Of a stretch of 64,000 nucleotides of DNA, positions 12,982-28,347 are shown piece after piece. The stretch spans positions 8,649,337 through 8,713,336 of the forward strand of contig CM082586.2 in NCBI GenBank assembly GCA_040954595.2, read 5' to 3'. The first letter of the stretch is position 1. The number at the start of each line of letters is the position of its first letter. Origin of the DNA: Balanoglossus misakiensis (Eukaryota > Animalia > Hemichordata). The translations under genes were made by a program, and so were the position numbers. The notes beneath the pieces were generated by a model. It was given only the letters and a program-made list of their open reading frames with translations. It ran no database searches and was not told where the DNA came from.

Positions 12982-15388
12982 CTGCAACAGTCTGGATCAA
13001 GACGACTGAAAGTCTCGCATACAGCGAACGCAAATATATGTTGTCTTAATAATTTTCTATCCGAATTAAACATGTTCCACAAACGTGACCAGAACAATAT
13101 AGCGCTAATTATGCACATTTTTGATGCAACATCATTTTGTGCCGTCGAAAGGTAATCAAAATGTAGAGTTTCGTTTAAATTTCCCCGCTTTTTTCAAAAA
13201 CCGACGTTACCTTCACTGCACAGAAAGATCACTTAAATAAGAACCGCGTCCCAAATCTCAAAAGATTATCAGTTGGACATAAATATTACACTTATGTAAC
13301 TAATAGTTCAAGTTGTAGTGTAGTGAAGCTCATCGGTCATCCTTTTAATGGACGTTAAAAAAGTTGCTGGGCCGTTGTGTCGGTCAGACAAAACTTTTGC
13401 ATCATTTCCCACAAACGCCCTGCTCTCGAAAGTGTGGTTTGCTTTGAAATTGTTAGCAATCGATATAGCAACCTATAATTAAGTGAATGTACAGCTTTAT
13501 TGTGAAAGCTCGACATAGCCCTTCAGGGAAACACACTATAACACTTTAAACAATATGAACTATTTAAAACCCACGAAAGGGCATTCCCTTTTCACGCTTT
13601 AATAGTAGTAAATAACTGGAGTCGTTTAGTGATTACATCATGAACGTACACACTCAGTCACATTTTGTGATAATAACTGTCTTCAAGAAATCACTCCAAG
13701 AGAAATGCGGTGCAATTTAAAATATAACGTAACGGAAAATAAAATCTTCTGGGGCAAGTCAAAATCCGGCCTTGATTCCCATAAAAGGCTGGAGCCACAG
13801 AGCACAGTGAAACTTCAAAACACAAACATGTCATTGAGTATCACACCGACAGATACATGTATACTTGTCATGAAATCGTACAAAAATTCTTGAATGACAT
13901 AGGGAAATAAAACTGACTTTATTTTTCTGTGGGTTCAGATTTCCGACGATTAAAGTTTAATAATTAAATTTCAAATTGACAGTCGACATTCTCATAGTAA
14001 ATTTTGAACAGGAGACGTGAAATAGACATCTGCAGATATTGTCAGTAAAATAATGGTGGGTATAAAGTCTGAACTCTTTGACTCATTATTACACACGTAG
14101 TGTTTTTATTATACAAGTTAGAACGTCATTGAAGCAATATGTACTTCTTTTATCTGTACTTTAAATCATTGAACATCAAATTCAACAACAATTCTGTGAC
14201 AAAAACATTTCATAATTACTGTGTACAAGCGATGTAAGACTACCAACTTGCATTCACTAAGCGACAAGCCTCAAGTTTATCCGATGGCCGCATTTTTTAC
14301 TCTCGCATTGCACATATTCGGATACCCGGAATTTGTCCCGCTGTCGGGCGGTTTATACGAGCTATATGACCAATGTGGATGTGACCACAATGAAACAGTA
14401 TTACTTAATACGGAATCAAGATTTTTATATAATATTACAGGTTCTAATTTCAGTATTAAATGTGTTATTTTATGAGGTTTAGACAAAATGGAGGGCAGAC
14501 CCTTCTATGTCCGCATTTATTTGATATACTCATCTTACGCTCCTATCTAGCAGTCAAAAATCTGACTTCATTTTCAAAATCGACCGTAAGATGTCATGGT
14601 TCAGACAAAACGGATTAATATGAGTGACTCCTTAAATGATCTTTTCTGTCATTGCAAATTAACGGGAAACTGTTATAGACAACAAATTAAATAATAATAA
14701 TGATTGCATAAACATGACTGATGTACTCTTACCCGAGCTGTCAAATATTGAATGTCACTCGGTCACCGAATTTCCCCTTCAATGTGATTTATTTCACTCT
14801 TGAAATGGCTTTGATGTGATTCGTGTCATCCTTCTGACTGCATTTCCACTTTCGGGCAAGAACAGTGTCGCTAGCTTCCGCTCACCGCTATAGAAATCGA
14901 GACGGAGAGACGCATATTTGTCTGTTTCCAGAGGGGCTACACTACGCCTTGCAATCGACTGCAGTGCTGGTCACTTTAGCCTGCTTACTTACTTACTACA
15001 TACATGTACACAGTTATCAAGCACTGATAACGTGTAATGTGAAACCTTGTGTGATAGAAGCTGTCAAATATTCTAAACTTAGTGTCTCTGGTGAAATAGT
15101 GCAAACTGTTTCTTTGAATCTGGCTACAACCGACGCCATCCTTTCTCATTCAAGGTTTGCAGTCACTATAGTCGCATAAGAAGACGTGCACGCATGTCAT
15201 AATTGATTATATTCAGTATCAATCATCATTAAGGGTTTGATATGATTGACATCATAGGAATCTCATGCCATGTAATCTACAAGGGTGTATACTTATTACA
15301 TAAGTTCTACAAATTTGAATTTTCTGGGCGAGGAATGGTGTTGGTGTTTGTGTCGTGTTTATCTAACACTTTACCTGTCGTCATGCAG

Positions 15389-15652
15389 GTAAAGACGTGG
15401 TTTCAAAATCGACGAATGAAGCACAAGAAGCAACTGAAAAAAGCAGACGACAGTGACACCAAGATGGACGCCGAGAGCGCCAAGAACGTGAACCACAGTG
15501 ATGACGTCAACTCCAAATTTGACACTTTGAGTGAACTTGATATAGACATGAAGGAGGACGAAGAGTGCGGTGCTGATAGACCACAAAAAGTCATACCAGT
15601 GTCACCATTGATGACTGATCTCAATCAAGACAAACTTGAATCCGTAACATGA
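15389..15652 (+). CDS. Bsx: Bsx coding exon 3 (helix 3 and acidic C-terminus)
   Basis: Acceptor catgcag|; VKTWFQNRRMKHKKQLKK...ESVT*. The Q|VKTWFQNRR intron position is common in ANTP-class homeoboxes. Confidence 0.95.
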   Translation, partial: VKTWFQNRRMKHKKQLKKADDSDTKMDAESAKNVNHSDDVNSKFDTLSELDIDMKEDEECGADRPQKVIPVSPLMTDLNQDKLESVT

Positions 15653-18085
15653 GATGGCAAACTTCACAAAACCGAACGTCAACTACCCTATCAATACTTT
15701 TTACAATGCTCCCGGACTTTTTGAGAGAACAGTTTCTCATCACTAAAGAACTTGAATTAAGGTTACTAGTTTCAGTTTCCGACACATATCTTCATCAATG
15801 TCAACTATTTTTCAACGTCTTACCCGTCTTTAACTCCTTGTAAAAATTCGACGGGACAGCATCTCTACTGGGGCTCCTGATTTACAGTCCGTTGATATTA
15901 CAAATTGCTGGTTTGGTCACACTGTAACAGAACGCATATTTAATGTTTTATTTATATACACAGCTTCGACTTTGGATTGTGAGTCATTATTGATAAGATT
16001 AATCATAGAAATTGATATAAGTATCTGCATGGAATAAAATGTGATAATCTTAACGCTTGATCTCATTAAAATGTGTTTTTGCACAATTCTACAAATTCTC
16101 ATCCATCCTTGGTGTTGTACCTTGATTGTTACATATCCTTTTCGTCAATTGATTCTAATTATTTGTGTTTCAATAATATCAACAATTTCCTATTTTTAAA
16201 ACGTTTCGCCAAAGCTGAAGCTCCACTTTCATGCACGTGTGATAATTTCATGTTCGATGTTCATGTAAAACTCATACCCATATTTATTTATTTTTAAAAA
16301 GAATTTCAGTGACCAATTAGTTCCGAGAAACAGCCTCGGTGCCCAGCAATTATTTTGTTTTAATTTCAATGTTTATTCTGACATTTCTACTAATTTCTTC
16401 AAATTTTCGTTTCTTGGATTATTGCCCTTAAATGTAGATGTACGTTTACAAGAACACTGAAGGTCATGGTGACTGCATTTCGCGCAGAATACGTGCATAC
16501 GTGACCAGGTGATTCTTCGCAATTGCAGAAGATCAATTATTTTATTCTTCTTTATAACAACAACAACAACAAAACAACAACATAGAAACAACAACCCAAC
16601 AATTGAGTAATTGAGCATTGTTCAGTAAGGGACAAAATATACAACAACTTAAATCGCCATTCTCGAAATATGAAGTTCTAGTCTCAGTGTTTGTGAAAAA
16701 ATGTTGACGAATGGGGCGTGCATCCCCCGTCTCCTCATCCCACTTCATTCGAATGCTGAACACTTCCACTAAGACACTCATGTATTTTACCACTTTCATT
16801 TTAGATCTTAATTTGTTATCGTTCCAATTCGTACACCACTCTCAATTATAAATTCAGTGATTGCAATCCACTAGGCGTTGCATACACGCATGAAATTGCT
16901 CTTAAACATTTGTGAATAAAACCATTGTCAGCAAACCAACTCTGAATCCTAGCCTTCAATTTATTGTCTTACTCTCTCAGCATGCTTTCATACTTTCAGA
17001 GTGAGTGAAAGTCTTAGCTTTTGGAGTGAGGGCATCCCTAGCTATAGTTCAGAAACAATAGGCTTGTTAGGGTTAGGTGAAGTAGAAATACCAACTCCTG
17101 CCTGGTTTCGCGGTGCAATTTCGCGTGTCATTTAAAAGAGTAACTTTTTCAGACATACTGTTAAGAAGATCACTTTGGACAATACCCTCCTATTGTGTTT
17201 GATATTAAAGCGGCAGAATGCATTGTTTGGAGTCTGTTTAACGATTCAATGTCTAACAGCCCTAACAAATTAGTGAATGAACACTTTTTTGCTTTCATTC
17301 AAATGGATTGACGTCTAAAGGTGGCCAGCTGTTGAGCGTTTAACAATCATTATGTAAATTATCCCGGCCAAGGAGTGAATTTCAGCACGCTGGGAGTATT
17401 CGAGGATCGATCGGGGAAACGGCAGCCAACGGTTGTGTGGTCAACTTGCACGTTGGAAGTAAATAAGAATCCCAGCTTATTCTCCACAATGAGATAATCG
17501 ATGGGAAAACATCAATAGCCGTGTATAGTTACACTGATGTACAAGAATACTAGTTGTTATTCCGCGTTTCTTTCAAAACTGAAGGAGTAATTGTTCGGTT
17601 ACGTCAGCCTAATAAACTAAATGATGGGGTAACTGCCATCATTAAGTCTTCATCGGCTTAAGCTTTCACTTTGAATAAACGTTATGTTTCCGATAAGACA
17701 CAAAGCCACCATGATGGGTGGACATCTAAACCCCCAGGCTACTGGTTAATCACCCCTTTCACTTTCGTCACCATTGCACGTTACATAAAGGGCCACTTAA
17801 CGAGACTGCGAAGTCATCAACCTACAAGTATACGCCCTGTTATTTGGCTAAACAGTGCGGTTCACAGAGTTTCAGATAAATGTGTATAATTTCTACCAAA
17901 CTTGATATTGCCCCCGACTCTCTACCCCCCCCCCCCCCCACCTCACCAAGAGTGCGTTTCAAGCTTCCGCTATTCTATCATCCCTTGACGTGATATATTC
18001 TGGCGAAGTAGACGTGAAAAATTCAATCCACTCACACAGAAAACACCTTGGGGATTTCGTCTCCTGGAAATGCAGTTTCTATAAT

Positions 18086-18389
18086 CACATGCGCTTGTAC
18101 AAATGCGATGTTAGTATTTTGTTAATTGTAAGGTGACCAAAAACGATGAATCAGTAGCTTTATAGACAATCTCTCGGTTTCGCTTCATACGGGCGCTTAC
18201 GCTATGTTCGGGCCTATACCCCACTAACACAATCTCTCTTGTGTTAGTGTGTAGGCCTATAGGCGGCCCGAATAGGCGTGAGTGCCCGTATGACGCGAAA
18301 CCAGGAGATCGTCGTAGCTACTGATTCATCGTTTTTAGCCACCTTAAAATTAATAAAATACTAACATAGCATCTGTACAAGCGCATGCG
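18086..18389. mobile_element. Foldback MITE with 8-bp TSD (hAT- or P-like)
   Basis: Arms cacatgcgcttgtaca... and ...tgtacaagcgcatgcg are imperfect reverse complements over about 140 bp. tctataat flanks both ends (18078-18085, 18390-18397). Confidence 0.85.
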
Positions 18390-21300
18390 TCTATAATAAC
18401 GTAAAAAGTCGGATACTCGGATGCAAAAAGTGTTGCCGATTTGTTATGCATAGTTCAGCAAGTATAGGCGGAGTTAGATGCCCAAGAGTTGATCAAACGC
18501 CAAGCTAAAGTTGAAAGTTTTGCAAAAACAGACAAAAACCCATATTGACTTTTTATCGTAGCTCCCGTTTTCACACGAAGACGTTATTGAACGGCCGATC
18601 GGACTAGAATCAAATTTGAAGTTACGAATGAATACTTTATTTCACCAGATGCTTCAAAGCATAAACATTAACAAAAAGAAAAAAAAGAACGGGGTATTAC
18701 TGAAGTTGCACTAGTAAAAAAAGAAAACAGGAGAGAAAAACTAAACTCATTGTAATGTTGTGCAATCTGGTCATTGCAGTGTTGTTATTTCTCCCTGGTC
18801 ACATAAAAAGTGTTCCTATTATTCTCTTTACACAGGAGGAATTTGATCTTTTGAACGACACCACAAAAATGTTGTGGTGACAATACAAAGACTTTATCAT
18901 TTAATTCATATAATTAAAACGATAGCAAAGAACATCTGAATAAAATTTGAAGGCAACTCACGCGGAATTGCAATTCTCAGAATCCATATAGTAACAGCCA
19001 CCAATATATTCCTTGTACGCATGCGCAAGAATCATGAAATCGAATCGGCGCTCACGCAGTGTCTATGCCATGGGCTTGATAATCAAACGACAATGTTCAC
19101 AAGCCGTAAGTCGCAGCCATTAAAGCTTGTGATACATTGAACGTGAACCCCTCTCCAGTTAAGACAACGAAACAAAACTTACTGTTTTCAAAGCCAAAGG
19201 GGGCGACATTGAAAGAATGTCTTGAAAATGTTCGATCTGGTACTGGCAGTTGAAATTGAATCGCAGGTCACACAGTGTGCATTTTAGAGTCTCTGCCCAA
19301 TCGCACGTCGTTTTAATAGATATTATTTCAGCAAGAGTTCAATGGTAACAACTAACAAATACCGCTATTGTCAATTATCAAATAAGGCTTAAGTAATTTG
19401 GCTCATTTTAAACTCAGTTCGGGATTCAGCTAAAATTGATCACAATGTGCTATAGGTTCGGTATTGAAGACTGTGGAAACAAAAAGATCCTCTGGCCCAT
19501 GATGTCGTGATTGCGTTTTCGGAATCCAGGCTTCTTGTTTTATACGAATAAACCAAACGACTACGAGTCAGTGATCAATGCGATTTCTTATAATACTATA
19601 TTGAGAAATTAAATCGGAGAAGTTAGCGTCATCCTCAAGGTACCGATTTTGAAATGCGTCATCAGAAGCATCGCCTGAGAATGAACAGCTAAACTAAATT
19701 TAAAGCGACGAGGAAAATATATGCCGAATTTAGCTTACATAAAAACAAATTAGAGCAACTTAAGCTTGAATCTCGATGTCATTATCATGGAAATGTTCAA
19801 AATTCAGTTGGGTACAATAGATCTAAAATAAACTGAAACGCTAATACCCATAACCGTGATATTCTCGGCGTTACCGGGGAGGCAGTTTTCAATGTGAATT
19901 TCGCTGTGGCAGTCAGACTGACCTCAAACAAGATAACATCTCTTTCGAATCCCCAACAACCATGTTCATCTCTGAATGTTATATACAGTAATATTATTAT
20001 CATAGTAAATGTAAATGGCATGAAAGCATGGAAATCTTTTTATTACAAGTGTATATTTATTAACGCGTTATCGCTATCTGTGGATTGATCAGGAATTCGT
20101 TAATTATAACAGTCATCGTTGATTTGGGACCTGGTTTGTTTTGATCTGTGTTTCTGATACAACTTCTTTCTTTCTTTCTTTCATTTTGAAATATTTGGTT
20201 ATTTTAGTTTCTTAAGATAAGGATGCATGTTGTTCAGCTCGCCTAAATGTAATAGCGACACGTTATCACAAGTCAATGTACATTCTGCATATTGGCAAAG
20301 CATCTGAATAATGCACAGCGAAACATTTTTTGGTATTGACTAAAAAATTAAATGTCCCTTTAATCTAATCGTCCTACACGTTCTGTCACCAGTTGTTTTA
20401 CTCTCGACATCACGACTAACCAAAACACACATACATTTAACATCACTTCCAGATACGTAGACATGTAAGCGTGTATAATGCCCCGCGAAGCTTTTCCATG
20501 ACGTCATCCCAGACAACTTTTTTGCGTTCGTGTTCTGACGTTACCGAACTTCGTATCAAACTAATCATTCCGCAGTATGTAAGTTGAGAGGCAACTAAAA
20601 GCCTAAATGCCCAGTAAAACGGAAAATGGGTGGCCCCAATTGACACAGACTGGCTCTCGGCGTGCTTTTACTGCTCCCAAGCTTTCCTGACTTCTGTCGT
20701 CTGCGGTTTTGGTTTACAACTAATGTAGCTGACATGTACGCTTCATTGATTCGTACTAATTCAAAGGAAACTGGGTGGGATCAACCATTAGCATAACACT
20801 CAAGGCTTTTGTCACGCGTCCGTTAGTTGGTAGTAGCTGCCAGGAAACAAGTTCTATTAGCTCACAACATTCTACATGGAAGATTTCAAATGAAATATCA
20901 AACATGAGCCTATGGATAGGCTGTAAATGCATTGTTATATTGAAATATTAGGCACAGGGTTTAGCAAACACATTGCAGTCTGTGGCGCAGTTTAATGAAA
21001 CCAAAATGTCCTGATGATTCTGCCATTGAAAAATATGGTAAAATGTTCGTTCATGTCGTTTGATCATTTATAACGATCATAATTACCAACTAAAGTTTCG
21101 GATATTCGATTAAACCGTAAATATTTGAATGATTCGTTGTGGGGATTGAAGTCATAACGATTTCATAATTTTCAACAAATCATTACACGTCTAGGTCTAC
21201 GCAGTCGTAAAGGTTATGGGGGCACTTCAAGCCAAGGAAAATTAGGCATTATCGGCACCGTTACAAGCAATCAGTTCACGTTTTACTATCATACAATATT

Positions 21301-21454
21301 TTAATATCATTTATAAATGTAGCAACGCAAGCAGTTGCAGTAACTAACAATTAACATCATCACGGTATCCCCCGTGTTAATTTGAAGTGTCAACCAACTG
21401 TTGAACTGGAAAGAGGGATCTCCGAATAATTTCAATTTCATAAACTCTGACTCA

Positions 21455-21730
21455 GTGACTGACTCACTGACTGACTGACTGACTATTCACTTCACTCACT
21501 GATTCGTTAATTCATCCGACTCCTTCCCTTCCTCTCCCTCCACATTTCATCCCTCCATCCATCTCGCTCAAACACTCACACACTCTCGCTGCTCACTCAC
21601 TCACTCACTCACTCACTCACTCACTCACTCACTCACTCACTCACTCACTCACTCACTCACTCACTCACCCAAACCAACCAACCGCTCACAAACTCAAACA
21701 CCCTCCCATCCACCCACTCACTTAATCAAC
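21455..21730. repeat. Compound tetranucleotide microsatellite (GACT, TCAC, CCAA)
   Basis: Directly visible. Confidence 0.9.
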
Positions 21731-22063
21731 CACTAAACCATTATATAGGGAACAGTGAACCACAAAATTTATTTCATTCTTCACTTCATTTGAAGTACAC
21801 AATCTACAAATACGTATGTCTATACGTTCACCTCTGAATCGATCACAAGTAAATATCTTTCAGCCCTATTTTTTTTTCTTTTCCAAAATTTAAATGTAAA
21901 TTTGGCACAAGTACGTAATTTTGGTTTGCGTCTTACACAGTCACGTCATTTACAATTGCAATCCAATGCAATAAGACCGATTATAGGGATATCAGTTATT
22001 ATAGAATTGTACAAAATTAATCTACAGTGATATTCGGGCAACAAGGATAAAAAGAACCACGCG

Positions 22064-22237
<174 letters not shown>

Positions 22238-23859
22238 CGTCGTCTCCGCCGTCAGCTGCACTATCATCATCATTTACTGCTCTGAAAAAATACGACTTCT
22301 TTGATAAAATAAATAAGAGCAATGTTAATCTATTGGACGTCAAACATTGACCGACATTAAATCAACAGTGTTGACGTGATGACATTACTGACCATTTATT
22401 TTCATGTACTATAGGTATCTGTGTTCAGGTTAAATGCAACAACATGGGACCGAGTTGCCGGTACATTTTTTATTGACTAAATGTGACAGGAAATGTTATT
22501 TATTAGACATAGGGGTGCAACATGACTATAATTGGATCTGTCAAACCCATCGCTGTGACACGTATACTTAAAGGGGCGGTATCACTTAAATTGTGCTAAT
22601 AATTCTTATATCCGCTGCACTTTCTTGCGCAATACCTTACAAAATATTGGTATATGGCTTTTGTTCAGCTTCATAATCCAGCAATGTTTTTATCTAGACT
22701 AAAATTCACTTGTCAATATATAACAGTGCCCTTTCCAAATATATAAACTCTGATGACAAGCTGAATGCATGGCCTGCTTTAGCGAGTAGAACAATGAACT
22801 GTAGTTGGTTCGCATGCACAAATAGTGAAATGATCATTAAAAGTTACAGTTTCTGTCCTTTTATGAGAGATAAAAGACCGATACTAAAGAATAATATAGA
22901 TATAATTTTACTGGTCACAACTCACTTTTCTTGACCATAAGATAGCGTGTAATATAGAACTCAGGCCTCTGCACAGCAGATGAAACGAATACCGTAAAAA
23001 AGCATAATGTTTTTACTATATTTTAATGACAATTTTACTGATTGATAAAATCCGCTAAAATAAATCCCAGTAAAAATTTAAAATTATAATAGAACTTATT
23101 GTACTTCTACTAGCCAGAGCCGTTAATTTAATACCCAGTGAATGTGTCCCAAACATATACAGTAGAATTCAATTCCAATGAAAATCAATGCCTTTACAAG
23201 TGTTCACAGTTGACGTTGTTGGAATTGTCAAAATATGGTTACGAAACTGAGATGATCTATTTAAAACTATTACAGGGAAGATATAGGCCATTACTCTTTA
23301 TTATGGAAGCTTAGACACAGATACTAAACATTATTTTTAACGCTGACTAGACGTGTTTAGAAAACGAAAGTGTATCTGCAAAAGCCATACGCGATTAATG
23401 CATGCTTGTGCCCCTTACTCCAAAAGAATAGCAAATTCTAAAATACAGACGGTGCTATTGTTATTACTATGTCAATTTCCATGCAAGATACTTTAAGCAT
23501 GTATGCGTAAAGTCTATTGTATCCTGATTAGGAGGCTATTTCAACTAGACATAATTCAATGGCGTGTCATTTAGTTGTAATAGTGACTTGTCAGTTACTA
23601 TTCTAGGCAAGCTGCTGCCGGTTTTTCCCTAGACGCTTTCACGACCCAGCCATCTGTTCTTAGTGTACGCTGCATTCTACGTATTGATGCGATGTACTCT
23701 TACCGATCCAAATGCGTGGCGCCCTGGACTCTAGACTTTCGGGGGGGGGGGGATCAAACGTCGACTGCAATCTCCCGGTGCGTATTTCTACCTACTAGGC
23801 TAGGTCTACACTAACGTAGTGCACGCGTGTGCGGTTAAACAACATGCAATGGCACATAT

Positions 23860-24143
23860 ATAGATACATAGATGCATGGATACATAGATACATAGATACA
23901 TAGATGCATGGATTCATACATACATACATACATACATACATACATACATACATACATACATACATACATACATACATACATACATACATACATACATACA
24001 TACATACATACATACATACATACATACATACATACATACATACATACATACATACATACATACATACATTTAATCTGTATTCATTCATTCATTCATTCAT
24101 TCATTCATTCATTCATTCACTCATTCATTCATTCACTCATTCA
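23860..24143. repeat. (TACA)n and (TTCA)n microsatellite
   Basis: Directly visible. Confidence 0.95.
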
Positions 24144-25254
24144 TATGGTGTTTGATAGAAAGACGTGGGCATGAAATAGGTCAACAAAATGGGTACCCGA
24201 TGCTGAGGATGTCAAATGAATACAGTGTGCCGTTCAGAAATCCCTTTGATACAAGAAGTCAACCTGTAATTTTGCTGTTTATGAACAAATAATGCTCTGT
24301 CCAATTGACGTTCTCACACAGTAATAAAATATTCGGTTTGGTATACAATATATATGAAATCAAGCGTCAAAATTGAACATGATTGAACAAAGATATTTCA
24401 TAGCAGTCTCATTTTAATGCAAAGAGATTTTTGATGACCGGTCAACTTTTCACCAAGACGTGATTTCTATGAGACAAACAAAACTCTCAAGGTTTGAAAA
24501 ATAGAGGGAGATCACGTGACGGTAGTGCGCGGCTTGGCGACAGATTTTCACTAATAACCTCTAAATTGTTTCGATTCGTCCATATATTAATGTGCGTGAG
24601 GGATATTTCTGAAAACAAAGAAGAAAACAGGGTGTTCACTTTTGTGTTTTCATAAAAATTGGTACTCTACATTGTTTCCGAAAAAAGTGGACAGAGAGAT
24701 TGACGATCATTTTTGAACTCCAAATCGCAGACTTCTTTGCTCACTCGTTCAAAAATGTGCACGCGATGGTTTTTATTTTCAATTGTAAGAGAAAATAATC
24801 CAAAGTTGCCCGAAGCAAAATGCGAGAAAAGGTTTAAGACTTTTATTTTTCGAGGCTCATACTACCGTAAGAAAAATTTGACTGTGATTTATTTCCTCTA
24901 CAAACAAAATATCTTGTTACGAGGCTTCGGTAAACGTAGTTTTGGTCACGAAACGGGGAGTACTGAAGATTTTACCTTCGCGGTATTGAAGAGATTGACA
25001 CAAACATTGGAAATGTATTGTTTGAACTGAACATACGTTTCATGAGAACACTCGAACACTTAGTCATTAATAGTGCTTTCCTTTGATGTGAATAAAAAAC
25101 CCAAATACTATAGCAGTTAACATGTACTGTGGATAATCCTATGAGTCCTGTATTGACATGGATTAGAACTTTGCACAACTACTTAATCTTTATTACAGCT
25201 TGACAAGACGCTTTCCCACTATTTGCTGGCGTTCTGACAATATTTCTGGTATCA

Positions 25255-25705
25255 ACTTGAAAGAGTGCGCTCAGGAGTAATCTATCCCTTTAAATGTTAT
25301 TTTTAAATCGGTCCCATTCTGAAGGTAATTTTCCTTCTCGCTTCAAACAAGCGCACGTAATTCCAATTCATAAATCGGACGACAAGTCAAAAGTAGAAAA
25401 TTACAGACCAGATTCCCTTCTGTCTCTACTTAGTAAATTGTTTGAAAATGGTTGTTTATCCCAAACTTTTTTTTCGTGTTAAACAAGGCCTGTGTGACTC
25501 CCAAAATAGGTTTGTGAAACACAGAGCGACACAAACTAATCTGGATCTCTATTCAGATTTTTATTGCCGGTATATACTAAATGTAGGGGCAAGGTTGAGG
25601 CAACCAAGCTTTTAATAAAGTCAGTCACAAGCTTTTGATTTATAAATTAACACATTGCGGTGTGAGTAGTACTGTTTTTAACTGGTTGAACTCATATTTG
25701 TCTAA
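25255..25705 (+). mobile_element. Degenerate non-LTR retrotransposon (CR1/L2-like) RT fragment
   Basis: FPSRFKQAHVIPIHKSDDKSKVENYRPDSLLSLLSKLFE matches the FP..WK.A.V.PI.K...NYRPISLL..SK.FE block of LINE RTs. Downstream remnants (FNKVSHKLLIYKL, FNWLNSYLS) are broken by frameshifts. Confidence 0.85.
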
Positions 25706-28347
25706 GCAATATAGCAACTGAGCACATTTAACGTCCTCCTCACGATAAATATCACAAAAGGTGAAATTTTACCTCAACAAAGATCATTATTCTTGAAATA
25801 TCGCTCGAAATCGGAATGTGGGCCGCGCTCATACGGACTTAATAGAGTCGGTCGTCTCAGTTCAGTTGCCAGTAGATTTCTGATGTGATTACGACTGTTA
25901 CCGACCCATAAATTGCTGCTTCTTCAGAGTTATTTCACGCTGATTGATCGTGATGAATGCCAAAAAACACCCTGGCACTCATTTTGAGATTAGACTTAAT
26001 GAACCGAGGGTGTTTGTAAAGAGTGGGATTGTCACCCACTTAATGACCACGTATATACATCACGGTACGATGAGACAAGTTTATAAACTTGAAAGCTGAC
26101 GAAAACAGCACAAGTAATATGATAAGCTATACCACTATACCTACCCACCTTTCTGTACTGTTTTTGTTTGTGTGAATCTATGAGTTATATGTTAAAATTA
26201 CACAACGCTATATACTAGTATGGCAGGAGGTCTATGATGCGCGTCAACACATACGGAATTTTGATATTTATACAATTATGTATAATTATTTTACACTACT
26301 AAGAATATTATTTTAGAGGTAAGAAACGTGATATCGCTACGTTGCCGTGACATTACAAAAAAGTGCAAAAACGAACAGCCTATCCGATTGAACGTTGTGG
26401 CGCTGAGTAATCTTAATGACACATACGATTCAGCGTTCAGTTGGCTAACGCATTTATTCGAAGCCGCATACACACAAAGGACTCGTCTGATTTGGATACT
26501 CCGTGCGGTGCGCGCTCTTCGGCAAATGCTGATAGCGTAAATCAATAACGTCTGATCTATTTTGCCGTCAAATCAACGGAGCAGTTGGAACAATTTTCTC
26601 GCCAATTGTTTGTTTGTATCCAATTTTCCATTAGAATTTAATGCACCAAAATCGGGATTTGCCATTTCTGTATTTTGGAAAATGGTAGTTGCCGACGGGT
26701 CTGTTCGACTATTAGGCGTATTAAGGTAATTTCAATTCGTAAAAAGCATGTAAGCTGGTGTCATTTATGCCGTGTCTTCGCTTCCTTTCTGGTTCGATTA
26801 TAAGTCGTATAGCCTGGCTTGTTGCTTCAGATTTCCTGCGCTACAGAAGTGCTCTTAACCTGGGGGCCCTGGTAGTTTCCCAGCATGCATTTCCGTGCCT
26901 ATTTGCCGCTACTTTACCCGCAGCATAGCGTCCACGGTAATGTTTGTCAGATTCCCAGAGATTGCAAAGACATTTTGCCTCAAATTATCCATCATTATGT
27001 ATGGTGACTCTGTTAACAGGGAAAAATCACGTCAAATTTGTCATATATAGGCAAAATAAGTGCAGCCAATTAGCACTAGACACCGGCAATCATGACTCTA
27101 ATAGTGTATGCCGGAATATATGGCCGCTGTTATTCTCCTGTGTTCTTTATTTGTCGTAATTGATAAAATACGGCCATGCTTTTTTGTAAACAAGTATCAT
27201 GCAATGCACGACATCAGAGCGACGCGGTTGGTTTCTCGCGCCACTTTATAAGGAAGAGCTTGCGGGTACAGACGCGAACGTACAACTAAATGAGGTCTAT
27301 TTCAAACGTTACATGCAGAATAAGTGAATTTTACCGACAAGAAAACCTGCCCTGGCTTACTTTGGAAATCAGAGGTTGACGGGGGTGGGGACGCTGAATT
27401 ATTTAGGAGCGTTTAAGCTGATAAAAGTATTATGGTCTATTACATTGTATATGTATTATATTGAAGCTCCATTAGCTGTAACTTTTCGCTATATTTTCAG
27501 TGTTTTTGTTCTTTTCTGGGTGAAGATTGAGGAATTCGATAAGAATAGTATGTATAAAAGTTAGGAAATTGTTCGCCGTTTCGTGCTTTCATTCAAGAAT
27601 GGAATTGAGAGTTAAAGGAAAATTCAGAAAAGAGAAATATCGTCTCGTGTACAAATATGTATCATATTAATTTAAGCGATTGTTTCAAGTTTTTTTTTCA
27701 TTTTCTACCCTCAAATAAAAGCTCACGAATTATATCGTCTCGATTATCGTTGCATGTGAATAGTACTAACATCTCTTGCTTACTAAAACACAACTTTTAG
27801 GACTGATACCATTTTCTTCGATTCCTTAAAATAGTCAATGAATCATTTACTTGTGAAGCAACACCGAAAGTAGTGACATGAAAAAAAGACATCCAAAATA
27901 AAATGAAACTACTAAAATTTATTTTGTGTGACGCATCACTCTCTTGAATGAGGATTGCGAGGGAACTGTGTTTATTAACGTCTTTGATTTGGGCCTGCAT
28001 TATTTGATACTGTGAAATCCTATATTTGTTTTTTTGTTTTCACAATAAAAGTATTTTTTTTACCAATAACACCAACAACGTTTTAACATTTCGCATCACA
28101 TTCCAACTTCATCTGTTAATTATAATTATAGTACGTCTGAATGAATTTCATCGGGTAACCATACATTTCAGAATAAAAGTTATAGGCTTACTTCGTTCGA
28201 CATATTAGCTCGTCTTTTAGAAGAACGCCTAGAAGAACGCCTATTGGGATATTGTTGCTCAGCGGTGATGGCATCATCGGGTATACCTAAAAGGACGCTA
28301 AATACAAAAAACTGACAAAGCTTAAGATTTTGTGATAACAAATCAAC

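Noticed and set aside
15381-15395. Acceptor immediately followed by a donor-like GTAAAG (recursive-splice-site look)
   Set aside because: Explained by the conserved V-K codons of homeodomain helix 3; no other evidence.
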